Source of the DNA: Clostridiales bacterium UBA7001
GTDB lineage: Bacteria; Bacillota; Clostridia; TANB77; CAG-508
Direction of reading: 5' to 3'
Assembly: GCA_002449785.1 (NCBI GenBank)
Contig: DJXP01000035.1
Span: 1-63,385, forward strand
Length of the DNA stretch: 63,385 nt
Shown piece after piece: positions 1 through 8,462 of the stretch (position 1 is the first letter of the stretch; the number at the start of each line of letters is the position of its first letter). The position numbers and the translations under genes were made by a program. Under the pieces are notes generated by a model. That model was given only the letters and a program-made list of their open reading frames with translations. It did not search any database and was not told the origin of the DNA.

Positions 1-90
1 AAGGTTAGAAACTTAGGTAAGAAATCATTAGATGAAGTAACTAATAAGTTAATTGCATTAGGTTTAAACTTTACATCAGAAGATGAATAA
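1..90 (+). CDS. rpoA: RNA polymerase alpha subunit, C-terminal tail (partial; gene starts upstream of window)
   Basis: Frame 1 is open from nt 1 to TAA at 88-90. KVRNLGKKSLDEVTNKLIALGLNF resembles the alpha-CTD end. It directly precedes rplQ, as in the conserved rpoA-rplQ pair. Confidence 0.7.
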   Translation, partial: KVRNLGKKSLDEVTNKLIALGLNFTSEDE

Positions 91-115
91 TTTTTTAAGG
101 AAGGTGGAAAATAAA

Positions 116-625
116 GTGGCAGGAACAAGAAAACTTGGAAAACCAACTGATCAAAGATTAGCAATGCTTAAAACACAAACAACAGATTTACTATTAAATG
201 GTAAAATTGTTACAACTGAAGCTAGAGCAAAAGAAGTTAAAGCTTTAGCAGATAGTATTATAGCATTAGCTGTTAAAGAACATAAAAACTATGAAGAAGT
301 TGATGTTAAAGTATTTAAAGCAAAGCTAGATAGTAAAGGTAATAAAGTTACTGAAAAAGTAACAAGTAAAAATGGAAAAGAATATCTTAAAGTTGTTAAA
401 GAAGAAACAACAGAAAAGAGACAAAAAGATATGCCATCTAGATTAAATGCTAGAAGACAAATAATGAAAAAGGTTAACAAAGTTGATGGAACAGATTTAA
501 TGGATAAATTGTTTAATGAATTAGCTCCAAAATATGATGGAAGAGCTGGTGGTTATACAAGAATATTAAAAATGGAACCTAGACGTGGAGATAATAGTAA
601 ACAAGCTATTTTAATGTTAGTATAA
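116..625 (+). CDS. rplQ: 50S ribosomal protein L17 carrying a ~50-aa internal Lys/Glu-rich insertion
   Basis: GTG at 116 follows SD aaggaaggtgg. The L17 N-terminal block (RKLGKPTDQRLAMLK..TTEARAKEV) and C-terminal block (ARRQ...GGYTRILKMEPRRGD) are both present. ORF-track start 83 lies upstream of the SD. Confidence 0.9.
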   Translation: MAGTRKLGKPTDQRLAMLKTQTTDLLLNGKIVTTEARAKEVKALADSIIALAVKEHKNYEEVDVKVFKAKLDSKGNKVTEKVTSKNGKEYLKVVKEETTEKRQKDMPSRLNARRQIMKKVNKVDGTDLMDKLFNELAPKYDGRAGGYTRILKMEPRRGDNSKQAILMLV

Positions 626-631
626 TATAAT

Positions 632-661
632 AAAAAAAGAGCCCTATGGGCTTTTTTTTTA
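632..661 (+). terminator. Rho-independent terminator after rplQ
   Basis: aaagagccc-tat-gggcttt hairpin followed by a T9 run. Confidence 0.8.
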
Positions 662-734
662 TAAATATTGCTTCACAATTTTATATTAATCTACATAAAA
701 TATAACATAATTTAACTTTTAAGGAGGAGTTATT

Positions 735-1064
735 ATGTTAGAAACTATCATATATGGATTTATTTGGTGTTTTGCTGTATATGGAATACTTGTTATGATA
801 CAAGAAATCACAAGGAATAATACATATAAAAAAATAGAAGAAAATATAAAGGTGATTTTAACTGTTAAAAATGTTGAAGATGGAATTGAAAACTATATTA
901 GGGAAATCTCGTGTGGTAGAAATTTTTATAATAATTTAGTTGTTATTGATATGGATTCATCTGATGAAACACTGTGCATACTTAAAGAACTTGAAAAAGA
1001 AAATATTAATATGAAAGTTTTAAATGAAAAAGAGGGCAAAGATTATTTAGAAAAATTAGCATAG
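735..1064 (+). CDS. small membrane-anchored protein of unknown function (short segment resembling the N-terminal part of a GT2 glycosyltransferase)
   Basis: Strong SD aggagg 7 nt before ATG. N-terminal hydrophobic helix. LVVIDMDSSDET resembles a GT2 DxD-region fragment, but the protein is only 109 aa. Confidence 0.55.
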   Translation: MLETIIYGFIWCFAVYGILVMIQEITRNNTYKKIEENIKVILTVKNVEDGIENYIREISCGRNFYNNLVVIDMDSSDETLCILKELEKENINMKVLNEKEGKDYLEKLA

Positions 1065-1191
1065 TTTTTATAAATAATAATAAAGCTTTAAGAAGTATTA
1101 GAGTATAATGTTACGCAGATTGACTTTATGTTAACCTTGTGATATAATATACAAAATAATTTTAATTATTATAATAAAATTTGGAGGATAT

Positions 1192-1776
1192 ATGGGATTA
1201 TTTAGTAGTTTCACAAAAGAATTTAGAGAAGGACAGGAAAGAGCACAAAGAGAGCATGATAGAGCAATGCAAGAAATTAATGATTTTCTTGAAAATACAC
1301 GAAAAGAATTAATTGAAGGTACATTTTTTAGAAATCAATTAGCTAATTTTAATCTAACTTCTAGAGAGGCAAAAAAATTAATTATGGAATTTGAAAGAAA
1401 AGGATTTTTTAGTAATTCCAATGATCATATAAGAAAAATATATGAAGATCAATTTGGTTTAGGTTTAAATATTCTTGTTCCAGATACAGGTATAACATCT
1501 ATTAATGTGCAATTCCCTAATAATAGGTGTATTGTTGAATGTGATAGTGAAGAAACAGCTCGTTATATAGAGGAAATTTTTAGAGAGAAGAATGCAATTA
1601 AGAGTAGTCAAGAAGTAAAAACTGGAACTGGTGGAGCAAATACTATTAGAAGTGGAACAAATGATAGTAGTACTTATGTTTCTACTAGGCAGTTAGGAAA
1701 GCAGTCTGTTGATGAAATTTTTAAAAGTGGAGATTTTTTGTGGAAAACTTCAAAACGTGATAGAAATAGTAAATAG
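1192..1776 (+). CDS. hypothetical protein (coiled-coil N-terminus, Ser/Thr-rich linker, C-terminal LGKQ motif)
   Basis: ORF with SD ggagg. Its architecture parallels the next gene. Confidence 0.6.
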   Translation: MGLFSSFTKEFREGQERAQREHDRAMQEINDFLENTRKELIEGTFFRNQLANFNLTSREAKKLIMEFERKGFFSNSNDHIRKIYEDQFGLGLNILVPDTGITSINVQFPNNRCIVECDSEETARYIEEIFREKNAIKSSQEVKTGTGGANTIRSGTNDSSTYVSTRQLGKQSVDEIFKSGDFLWKTSKRDRNSK

Positions 1777-1786
1777 GAGAATAATT

Positions 1787-2500
1787 ATGGGATTTATAAA
1801 TAATTATCTAGAAAAAAAGAGAATGGCAGAAGAGGATGCTGAAAGAAAAGTTAATATCGAAATAGAAAGAATTAATTCAAAAATTGCCAAAGGAAAAATT
1901 GGAGATAAAGATTTTTTATTCAAGACAATTTTTTTTGATAAAGGTTCTAAATATCCATATGAATACAAATTATGGAAACCTTGTTTTGGAAATTTCGCAC
2001 GACTTACTAGGAAAGAACTTTTTTCAAGAAAGGGTAATGATGTATTTATCGATAAATACAGAGAGCGCCAAGAACAGTTTTTTAATCAAAAATTTTTAGA
2101 ATTTGGAATAGATGCTTATCTTACTATAGCAGGTCAGACAGTACAAATTGAATTTGGTGATAAAGATGACTTTATATTATTTAGAAATTTATTTAAAGAA
2201 TATTCAAAAAATGGATTAAAGGAAGATTTATCAATTGAAAAAATACAAATTGAAGAACTACCAAAACTTGAAACAGATTCTAATGCTGTACAAGAATCTT
2301 TGCCAGAAAGTAGGTTTTTTGTATATAAACCATTAGTAGATAGTGCTCCACGAGAAGTAAAGTCAAAAAGTTCTACTACTGCTAGTAGTAAAGTGGCTAC
2401 TAAAATTAGTTCAAATGAATTAGGTAAGCAAGTTTCAGCAAGTTTCTTTACTGAACTTCCAGATTGGTATAGAATTAAAGAAAGCCCTGAAAAAAATTAA
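1787..2500 (+). CDS. hypothetical protein, distant paralogue of the preceding gene
   Basis: ATG at 1787 is preceded by SD aggag. The ORF-track start 1709 overlaps the upstream gene. It shares the C-terminal S-x-x-[QE]-LGKQ...aromatic motif with 1192..1776. Confidence 0.6.
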   Translation: MGFINNYLEKKRMAEEDAERKVNIEIERINSKIAKGKIGDKDFLFKTIFFDKGSKYPYEYKLWKPCFGNFARLTRKELFSRKGNDVFIDKYRERQEQFFNQKFLEFGIDAYLTIAGQTVQIEFGDKDDFILFRNLFKEYSKNGLKEDLSIEKIQIEELPKLETDSNAVQESLPESRFFVYKPLVDSAPREVKSKSSTTASSKVATKISSNELGKQVSASFFTELPDWYRIKESPEKN

Positions 2501-2528
2501 TCATTTTATTAATAAACGAGGTTAAAAT

Positions 2529-2858
2529 ATGAATGAAAAAGAATATGAAGATGCTTATGCAGAAGTATTAGAAATATTGAAATATGTATCTGAAGATGAT
2601 TTTAAGAAAATACCTAAATCCAAAATAGAATTAATGACAGAAAATGCAAATAAAAACCATAATTTTACTTATGATTCGAATAAAACATTAGATGAAAATG
2701 GTGTTACTGAACTCACAAAAAGAATTATTGCAGTTATTTTTCGTGATTATTGGGCAACTGAAAAACAAAGAAAAAAAATATATGAAATTCAAAATTTTGT
2801 TAGAATGAAAAATGAAGCAGAGAAAAGAAAAAAATACGATCCTAATAACATATTTTAA
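2529..2858 (+). CDS. hypothetical small acidic/basic protein
   Basis: 109-aa ORF with SD gagg. No family recognised. Confidence 0.55.
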   Translation: MNEKEYEDAYAEVLEILKYVSEDDFKKIPKSKIELMTENANKNHNFTYDSNKTLDENGVTELTKRIIAVIFRDYWATEKQRKKIYEIQNFVRMKNEAEKRKKYDPNNIF

Positions 2859-2890
2859 AAATGTGAATAATATAGTTCACATTTTTTTGT
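2859..2890 (+). terminator. Rho-independent terminator
   Basis: atgtgaa-taatata-gttcacat hairpin followed by a T7 run. Confidence 0.75.
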
Positions 2891-2948
2891 TTTTTTATAT
2901 TAAATTTTTTAAGAATATTATATAATAAATAAAAAACGGAGAAATATA

Positions 2949-4289
2949 ATGGAAAATGTAAAAGAAAAGGCAAAAAAATTTGCAATTAATGCTCATAGAG
3001 GCCAGATTAGAAAAAGTGATCCAGATAAACCAATGATTATTCATCCTATAAGTGTTGGAAATTTATTAGATGAATATGGTTTTGATGATAATGTTATATC
3101 TGCTGGATTTTTGCATGATGTTGTTGAAGATACTGATTATACAATAGAGGATATAAATAAAGAATTTGGAGAAGATATAGCAAGGCTTGTTATGTGTGCA
3201 ACTGAGCCAAATAAAAAACTTTCGTGGGAAGAAAGAAAGCAAGACACAATAGATAGAGTAAAAAAATATTCTTTAAGGGAAAAACTTGTTATTTGTGCTG
3301 ATAAAATTAACAATTTAGAAGATTTAATGATTTTATTTCAAAAAAGTGGCAATAGAGATTTCTCAGCTTTTAAAAGGGGAGAAGATAAACAAAAATGGTA
3401 TTATACAAGTGTATATAATAGCTTGGTATATGGTGAGGAAGAAAATTTTCCACTTTTTAAAAGATTAAAAAATGTTATTGAGATAATATTTGAGGGAAAA
3501 GATAATTCTTTTTTAAAAGAAGTAATTTATAAAGAAAATTCTGATTATTATGAAAAATTAAAAATTCTGCATGCTAAAAAATTAGAATTAGCAAGATTAA
3601 AAAATGTACTTAATAATCCAAAACCATATATAATTGAATTTACCGGAACACCAAGAACTGGTAAAACAACTAGCATAAATAATATTTATGATTTCTTCAA
3701 AAAAGGAAATTTTTCTACTACAATTGTTGAAGAATTCACAACAACAAAAGAATATAAAGAAAATACAAAAGAAAAATTAGGCAAATTAAGTTCAAAAGAT
3801 AGAAATCTTATAATATTAGAATTAGTAGAGAAACAATTAATTAGAGTTTCTGAAAGTAAAAATGATATTGTATTAATAGATAGATCAATAAATGATAGGC
3901 AAATATGGAATAATAGACAATTTATTAGAGGAAATATAAGTGAAAGTGAATATGATGAACTTACTGAAAAATACCAAAATCTGTCTAAAAAAATGATAAA
4001 TTGTTTAGTAGTTACATATACAGATGAATTAACTTCATTAAAAAGAGACTATAATTGTAATTTGGCTCTAGAAGAAAGAAGCTTTATGAATTTAGAAAAC
4101 ATAAAAGAGTATAATGATTGTTTAAATAGTCTTTACAACTTATTTGAAAATAGCGTTGATTCTTTGATAAAATGTGATACTACAAATACAGATATGAAAT
4201 CAGTAATAATAGAAATTACAAATAGAATTTTAGATTCAATGAGAACGACATATATAGAAGAATTTAAACAAGATTTAAAAAAATTTTAA
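2949..4289 (+). CDS. fusion protein: RelA/SpoT-type HD (p)ppGpp-hydrolase-like domain plus C-terminal P-loop nucleoside/nucleotide-kinase-like domain
   Basis: N-terminus has HPISVG...FLHDVVEDT, the HD hydrolase signature of SpoT/Mesh1-like enzymes. C-terminus has Walker A GTPRTGKTT and a dNK-like LIDRSINDR motif. Confidence 0.75.
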   Translation: MENVKEKAKKFAINAHRGQIRKSDPDKPMIIHPISVGNLLDEYGFDDNVISAGFLHDVVEDTDYTIEDINKEFGEDIARLVMCATEPNKKLSWEERKQDTIDRVKKYSLREKLVICADKINNLEDLMILFQKSGNRDFSAFKRGEDKQKWYYTSVYNSLVYGEEENFPLFKRLKNVIEIIFEGKDNSFLKEVIYKENSDYYEKLKILHAKKLELARLKNVLNNPKPYIIEFTGTPRTGKTTSINNIYDFFKKGNFSTTIVEEFTTTKEYKENTKEKLGKLSSKDRNLIILELVEKQLIRVSESKNDIVLIDRSINDRQIWNNRQFIRGNISESEYDELTEKYQNLSKKMINCLVVTYTDELTSLKRDYNCNLALEERSFMNLENIKEYNDCLNSLYNLFENSVDSLIKCDTTNTDMKSVIIEITNRILDSMRTTYIEEFKQDLKKF

Positions 4290-4375
4290 AATTATTATTT
4301 CAAGTATTGAACTGTTACATATTAATATGATAGTATACCCATAAGAATATATTAAATATTTAGGATGTTGAAATT

Positions 4376-5224
4376 ATGGATAATATAGAAAATAATACTA
4401 AAATACCTGATAGTTTATCACAAATGATTGATGACATACGATATATGCTTAATGAGTCTGGTGAAATAATTTTTATTGAATGTTTAGGAACCCCTGGAAG
4501 TGGAAAAACACAATATGTGACATATTTAACTAGATTACTTAAAGATAAGAATATGGGAGAATGTGTTATAAGAAGAACTGATCCAGAAAGGAAAAATGAT
4601 TTTTACGATAAAGAAGATTATTCAGATTTGTTAAAAAAACGTTTTCATACAGTTATTAATGATATGAGTGACAAAAATAAAGGAAAGATAATTATTTATG
4701 ATAGAGGGCTGTTAGATTTAATTGCATGGCTTAATTATGATTATTTGAGAGCAAGATTGACATTTAAACAATATAATGAAATAGGTGGAGATGCTCTAAA
4801 TGATGATTTTTATTTAAAGAAAATGCCAATGCAAATAAGAAAGAGTATTGCAAAACCAAATGAAAATGATATTATGAATTCAGAAGAATTAAATAGATTA
4901 CTTAATGTATATTCTCCTATTTCAGTGGCATTCAATACAACTCCTGAAATTAGTATTAGAAAAGTAGATAAAAAAATGTATTCTATTCCTGATTTAGAAT
5001 GTTATAACGAATCGCTAGAAAACTTAATTTACAGTATAAAAGAGGCATCACAAAAATGTATTTATGTTGTAAATGATGGATATGAAAATAAAAGTTTTGA
5101 AGATATAACATTTAATGTTTTAAAAAGCATTAGAGATTATCTAAAATTACAAGTACCTAAATCACCTGGAAAATATATACCTTTTCCAGAAGATCCATAT
5201 CCAGATGACAATTTATTTCATTAA
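4376..5224 (+). CDS. P-loop kinase-like protein, paralogous to the C-terminal half of the preceding gene
   Basis: Walker A GTPGSGKTQ and a downstream IIYDRGLLD motif, matching the layout of the kinase half of 2949..4289. Confidence 0.65.
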   Translation: MDNIENNTKIPDSLSQMIDDIRYMLNESGEIIFIECLGTPGSGKTQYVTYLTRLLKDKNMGECVIRRTDPERKNDFYDKEDYSDLLKKRFHTVINDMSDKNKGKIIIYDRGLLDLIAWLNYDYLRARLTFKQYNEIGGDALNDDFYLKKMPMQIRKSIAKPNENDIMNSEELNRLLNVYSPISVAFNTTPEISIRKVDKKMYSIPDLECYNESLENLIYSIKEASQKCIYVVNDGYENKSFEDITFNVLKSIRDYLKLQVPKSPGKYIPFPEDPYPDDNLFH

Positions 5225-5285
5225 AATAGATAAAGAACTTATTAAATAAGTCTTTTTGATATTATAAGATAGGAGGTAGATAAAA

Positions 5286-6266
5286 ATAAAAAAGAATAAC
5301 AGAAAAATTTATTTAATATTATTTGCAATAACTTTAGTAATTATATTTATTATAATAGGAAGTTTTTTTAGGAATAATAAAAAAGAAAAGACAGCGACAT
5401 TTGATTTATTTAATAAAAAAATCATTTATAACTTTGGTACAGGAACAGCTTACGAAATTGATATTCCTCAAATAATAAATGAGTATGATGAAATTGTTAT
5501 AGGGAATAATACACTTTGGTTATTCAGCGATGATAGTATTTCTATATGTAAGAATAAAACTATATTTGAAGATTTACCTCCAAATGAAGATTTAATGTTA
5601 GTTGCAGGAGAAAACAAATCATATACAAAAATATATGAAAATGATGGTGTTAAGTTATATGAAGTAACTTATAGTTTTTCGAGTAATTCTCCCGGTGGAG
5701 ATGTAAAGAAAGTGTTTTATGCATTATACAGAAAAGATAATGATTGTACCCTTGAAATAACAGGTCCTGATAAAGATAAAATTTTAAAAATATCAAGTTT
5801 GATTACAAACACTACTCAATATAAAACCTTAGAAGAACAATTTTATGGGATTACTGTATTAGATGAAAGAATTATAGATACTAGTAATATAACTATAAAT
5901 AAAATATCAAGTATAAATGATTATTTAGATTTAGGCATTAAAGTTGAAGAAAGCATAATTGATGTCCATTTTCTATCTCCAAAAGATAAAACTTATCTTC
6001 CTGGATTAAAGATAATAGAAAATTGGAAATTAGTTACTGAAGAAGATGGTTATAAAATATATCATGGCTATTCTGATGGGATACAATCAGATGCATTAAA
6101 GATAATTAAAGATGATAAAGAGTATTATATTGATTTAACAATACCAGTTGATTTGTATAAAAATGAAAGAGAAATTAATTCTGACGGTAGCACTACATCA
6201 TATATGTATTTAACTCAAGAGACAATAAAAGAGTTGATTCAAGAAATACTTAAAATTTTAAAATAG
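5286..6266 (+). CDS. membrane-anchored protein of unknown function; no canonical start codon upstream of its TM segment
   Basis: The frame is open from the TAG at 5277-5279 to 6266. SD aggagg is at 5271-5276. KKNNRKIYLILFAITLVIIFIIIGSFF signal-anchor is encoded at 5292-5370. The first ATG/GTG/TTG in frame is at 5595. The start coordinate is uncertain (ATA 5286 is the best-spaced codon). Confidence 0.6.
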   Translation: MKKNNRKIYLILFAITLVIIFIIIGSFFRNNKKEKTATFDLFNKKIIYNFGTGTAYEIDIPQIINEYDEIVIGNNTLWLFSDDSISICKNKTIFEDLPPNEDLMLVAGENKSYTKIYENDGVKLYEVTYSFSSNSPGGDVKKVFYALYRKDNDCTLEITGPDKDKILKISSLITNTTQYKTLEEQFYGITVLDERIIDTSNITINKISSINDYLDLGIKVEESIIDVHFLSPKDKTYLPGLKIIENWKLVTEEDGYKIYHGYSDGIQSDALKIIKDDKEYYIDLTIPVDLYKNEREINSDGSTTSYMYLTQETIKELIQEILKILK

Positions 6267-6330
6267 AATATTTATAATAATTCTTCGATATATTTATTAT
6301 ACCGGGGAATTATTAATACAATTAATTTAT

Positions 6331-6368
6331 AAAAAAATCGAACTTTTTTAATAAAGTTCGATTTTTTA
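6331..6368. terminator. bidirectional hairpin terminator between the 5286..6266 gene and the tRNA-Gly pair
   Basis: atcgaactt / aagttcgat stem flanked by an A-run and a T-run. Confidence 0.7.
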
Positions 6369-6442
<74 letters not shown>

Positions 6443-6476
6443 AATATTCAGTCTTAACTTTATAAATAATAAAAGA

Positions 6477-6550
<74 letters not shown>

Positions 6551-6574
6551 AAATATTCCTTCTAACAAGTATAA

Positions 6575-6603
6575 ATTATAAAGTATTAATAAAGATTTGT
6601 CAA
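6575..6603 (-). promoter_or_regulatory. sigma-A type promoter for the tRNA-Gly pair
   Basis: On the minus strand: TTGACA, 17 nt, TATAAT (both hexamers match consensus). Confidence 0.6.
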
Positions 6604-6609
6604 TAGTTA

Positions 6610-6638
6610 TTGTAAAATTTGTTAAAAAAGGTTATAAT
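6610..6638 (+). promoter_or_regulatory. sigma-A type promoter for tsaE operon
   Basis: TTGTAA, 17 nt, TATAAT, about 45 nt upstream of tsaE. Confidence 0.5.
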
Positions 6639-6685
6639 AAAAATGCTATATTTAATTAAAATATTTGTAAAAAAAGGAAGGAAAA

Positions 6686-7141
6686 ATGGAGTATATATCT
6701 CATTCTGAAAATGAAACAATTGAATTAGGAAAAAAATTAGCTTCTCAAATGTATAAAGGTCTAGTTATAGTTTTAACAGGAGATTTAGGATCTGGAAAAA
6801 CAAAATTCACGGAAGGCATTCTTACATATTATAATATGCAAAAAGAAATATCTAGTCCAACTTTTATGCTTGTAAATGAATATAATACAAAGAATTTAAA
6901 TATTTATCATTTTGATGTTTATAGATTAAATGATAGTGATGAATTTCTTGCTATTGGTGGAGATGAATATTTTGAAAAAGGAACATGTATAATAGAATGG
7001 GGAGAAAGAATTGGAGATGTTATTCCAAATGATTATGTGCATATAATTTTTTCTAGAGATAGTAAACAAGAAGATGATGATAAGACACGAATAATAAACA
7101 TAAAATGTAATGGTAATACTTATGAGAAAATTAAAATGTAA
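6686..7141 (+). CDS. tsaE: tRNA t6A37 biosynthesis ATPase TsaE
   Basis: GDLGSGKTKFTEGI, SPTFMLVNEY and HFDVYRL are the TsaE/YjeE signature blocks. Confidence 0.9.
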   Translation: MEYISHSENETIELGKKLASQMYKGLVIVLTGDLGSGKTKFTEGILTYYNMQKEISSPTFMLVNEYNTKNLNIYHFDVYRLNDSDEFLAIGGDEYFEKGTCIIEWGERIGDVIPNDYVHIIFSRDSKQEDDDKTRIINIKCNGNTYEKIKM

Positions 7142-7217
7142 TAGATAGTTTATAGGTGGCATAAAACCTAAATTTTAATGAGGAGGATATGGTATTATTT
7201 AATATCATCAACTAAAA

Positions 7218-7883
7218 ATGAAAATATTAGCAATTGATACTTCTAGTGAAGTGTGTAGTGTAGCATTGTTAGAAAACGATAAAAAAATAGATGAAAATAG
7301 AATTGAAAATGGAAAAACACATTCTGAGAACTTAATGAGTCTTTTGGATGAATTATTAACAAGAAATAATATTAACCTAAATAGTATAGATTTGTTTGCT
7401 TGTTCTGTTGGGCCAGGTTCTTTTACTGGAATAAGGATTGGTATATCTTCAATAAAACCAATGGCAGAAATATTAAATATTCCAGTGGCTTCGGTAACCT
7501 CTTTAGAAACGCTAGCTAAAAATGTTGATGATGCTGATATAATTGTTTCATTAATTGATGCTAGAAATAGTCAGGTATATGCAGGAATATTTGATATTAA
7601 TTATAATAAACTTGAAGAATACATAGCAGATGATATAAATGTTGTAATAGAAAAGATTAGTAATTATAAAAATATAACATTTGTAGGTAGTGGTGCCATT
7701 TTACACAAAGAACTATTAAAAAATAGGATTAAAGGTGCAAAATTTATAAATAATAATACTCAATCAGCTGTAAATGTTGGGATTATTGCTTATAAAAAGT
7801 ATTTAGAGAAAGATTTATATAATTCGGATACACTTTTACCAATATATTTAAGAAAATCACAAGCTGAAAGATTAAAAAAATAA
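7218..7883 (+). CDS. tsaB: tRNA t6A37 biosynthesis protein TsaB
   Basis: MKILAIDTSS...GPGSFTGIRIG is the YeaZ/TsaB family signature. Its position after tsaE fits. Confidence 0.9.
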   Translation: MKILAIDTSSEVCSVALLENDKKIDENRIENGKTHSENLMSLLDELLTRNNINLNSIDLFACSVGPGSFTGIRIGISSIKPMAEILNIPVASVTSLETLAKNVDDADIIVSLIDARNSQVYAGIFDINYNKLEEYIADDINVVIEKISNYKNITFVGSGAILHKELLKNRIKGAKFINNNTQSAVNVGIIAYKKYLEKDLYNSDTLLPIYLRKSQAERLKK

Positions 7884-7899
7884 ATGAAAAGAGATATAA

Positions 7900-8346
7900 A
7901 TGGAAAAAAATGAAATAATTATAGATGAAATGACAATGAATGATTTTAATAATATAAAAGATAATCTTTCAGAAGAATTTGATGATTTTTGGAATGAAAA
8001 TATTTTAAAAAGTGAATTAGAAAATATAAATTCAAAGTATTTTGTTGCAAAAAAAAATAATATGACAGTCGGATTTGCTGGAATATTAGTATTAATAGAT
8101 TCAGTTGAAATAACCAATATAGTAGTAAAAAAATGCGAAAGAAATGAAGGAATTGGAAGTATTCTTTTAGAAAAATTAATTAGTGAAGGGATTATTTTAA
8201 AAAAAGATAATATTAGTTTAGAAGTAAATGAAAAAAATTCCATTGCAATTATGTTATATGAAAAGTATAATTTTAAACAAGTAGGATTAAGAAAAAAATA
8301 TTATAATGGAGAGAATAATGCTATTATTATGACAAGAAAATTATAA
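7900..8346 (+). CDS. rimI: ribosomal-protein-alanine N-acetyltransferase (GNAT)
   Basis: GNAT core (RNEGIGSILLEKLI), in the usual tsaE-tsaB-rimI position. Confidence 0.8.
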   Translation: MEKNEIIIDEMTMNDFNNIKDNLSEEFDDFWNENILKSELENINSKYFVAKKNNMTVGFAGILVLIDSVEITNIVVKKCERNEGIGSILLEKLISEGIILKKDNISLEVNEKNSIAIMLYEKYNFKQVGLRKKYYNGENNAIIMTRKL

Positions 8347-8462
8347 AAAAACAAATTATAGTAATTTTTGTAATTTAATGTGATTTTTTATAAATAATAA
8401 TTGCATTATTATTTTATTTGATATAAAATCATTTTAGATGTTTAAGTGGAGGAAATGTACTA

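Noticed and set aside
735-6266. Known anti-phage defence system in the first islet
   Set aside because: There are no nuclease, methylase, helicase, TIR/SIR2, cyclase or reverse-transcriptase signatures. Only HD hydrolase and P-loop kinase domains plus orphan genes are present, so I report it as an uncharacterised nucleotide-related module.
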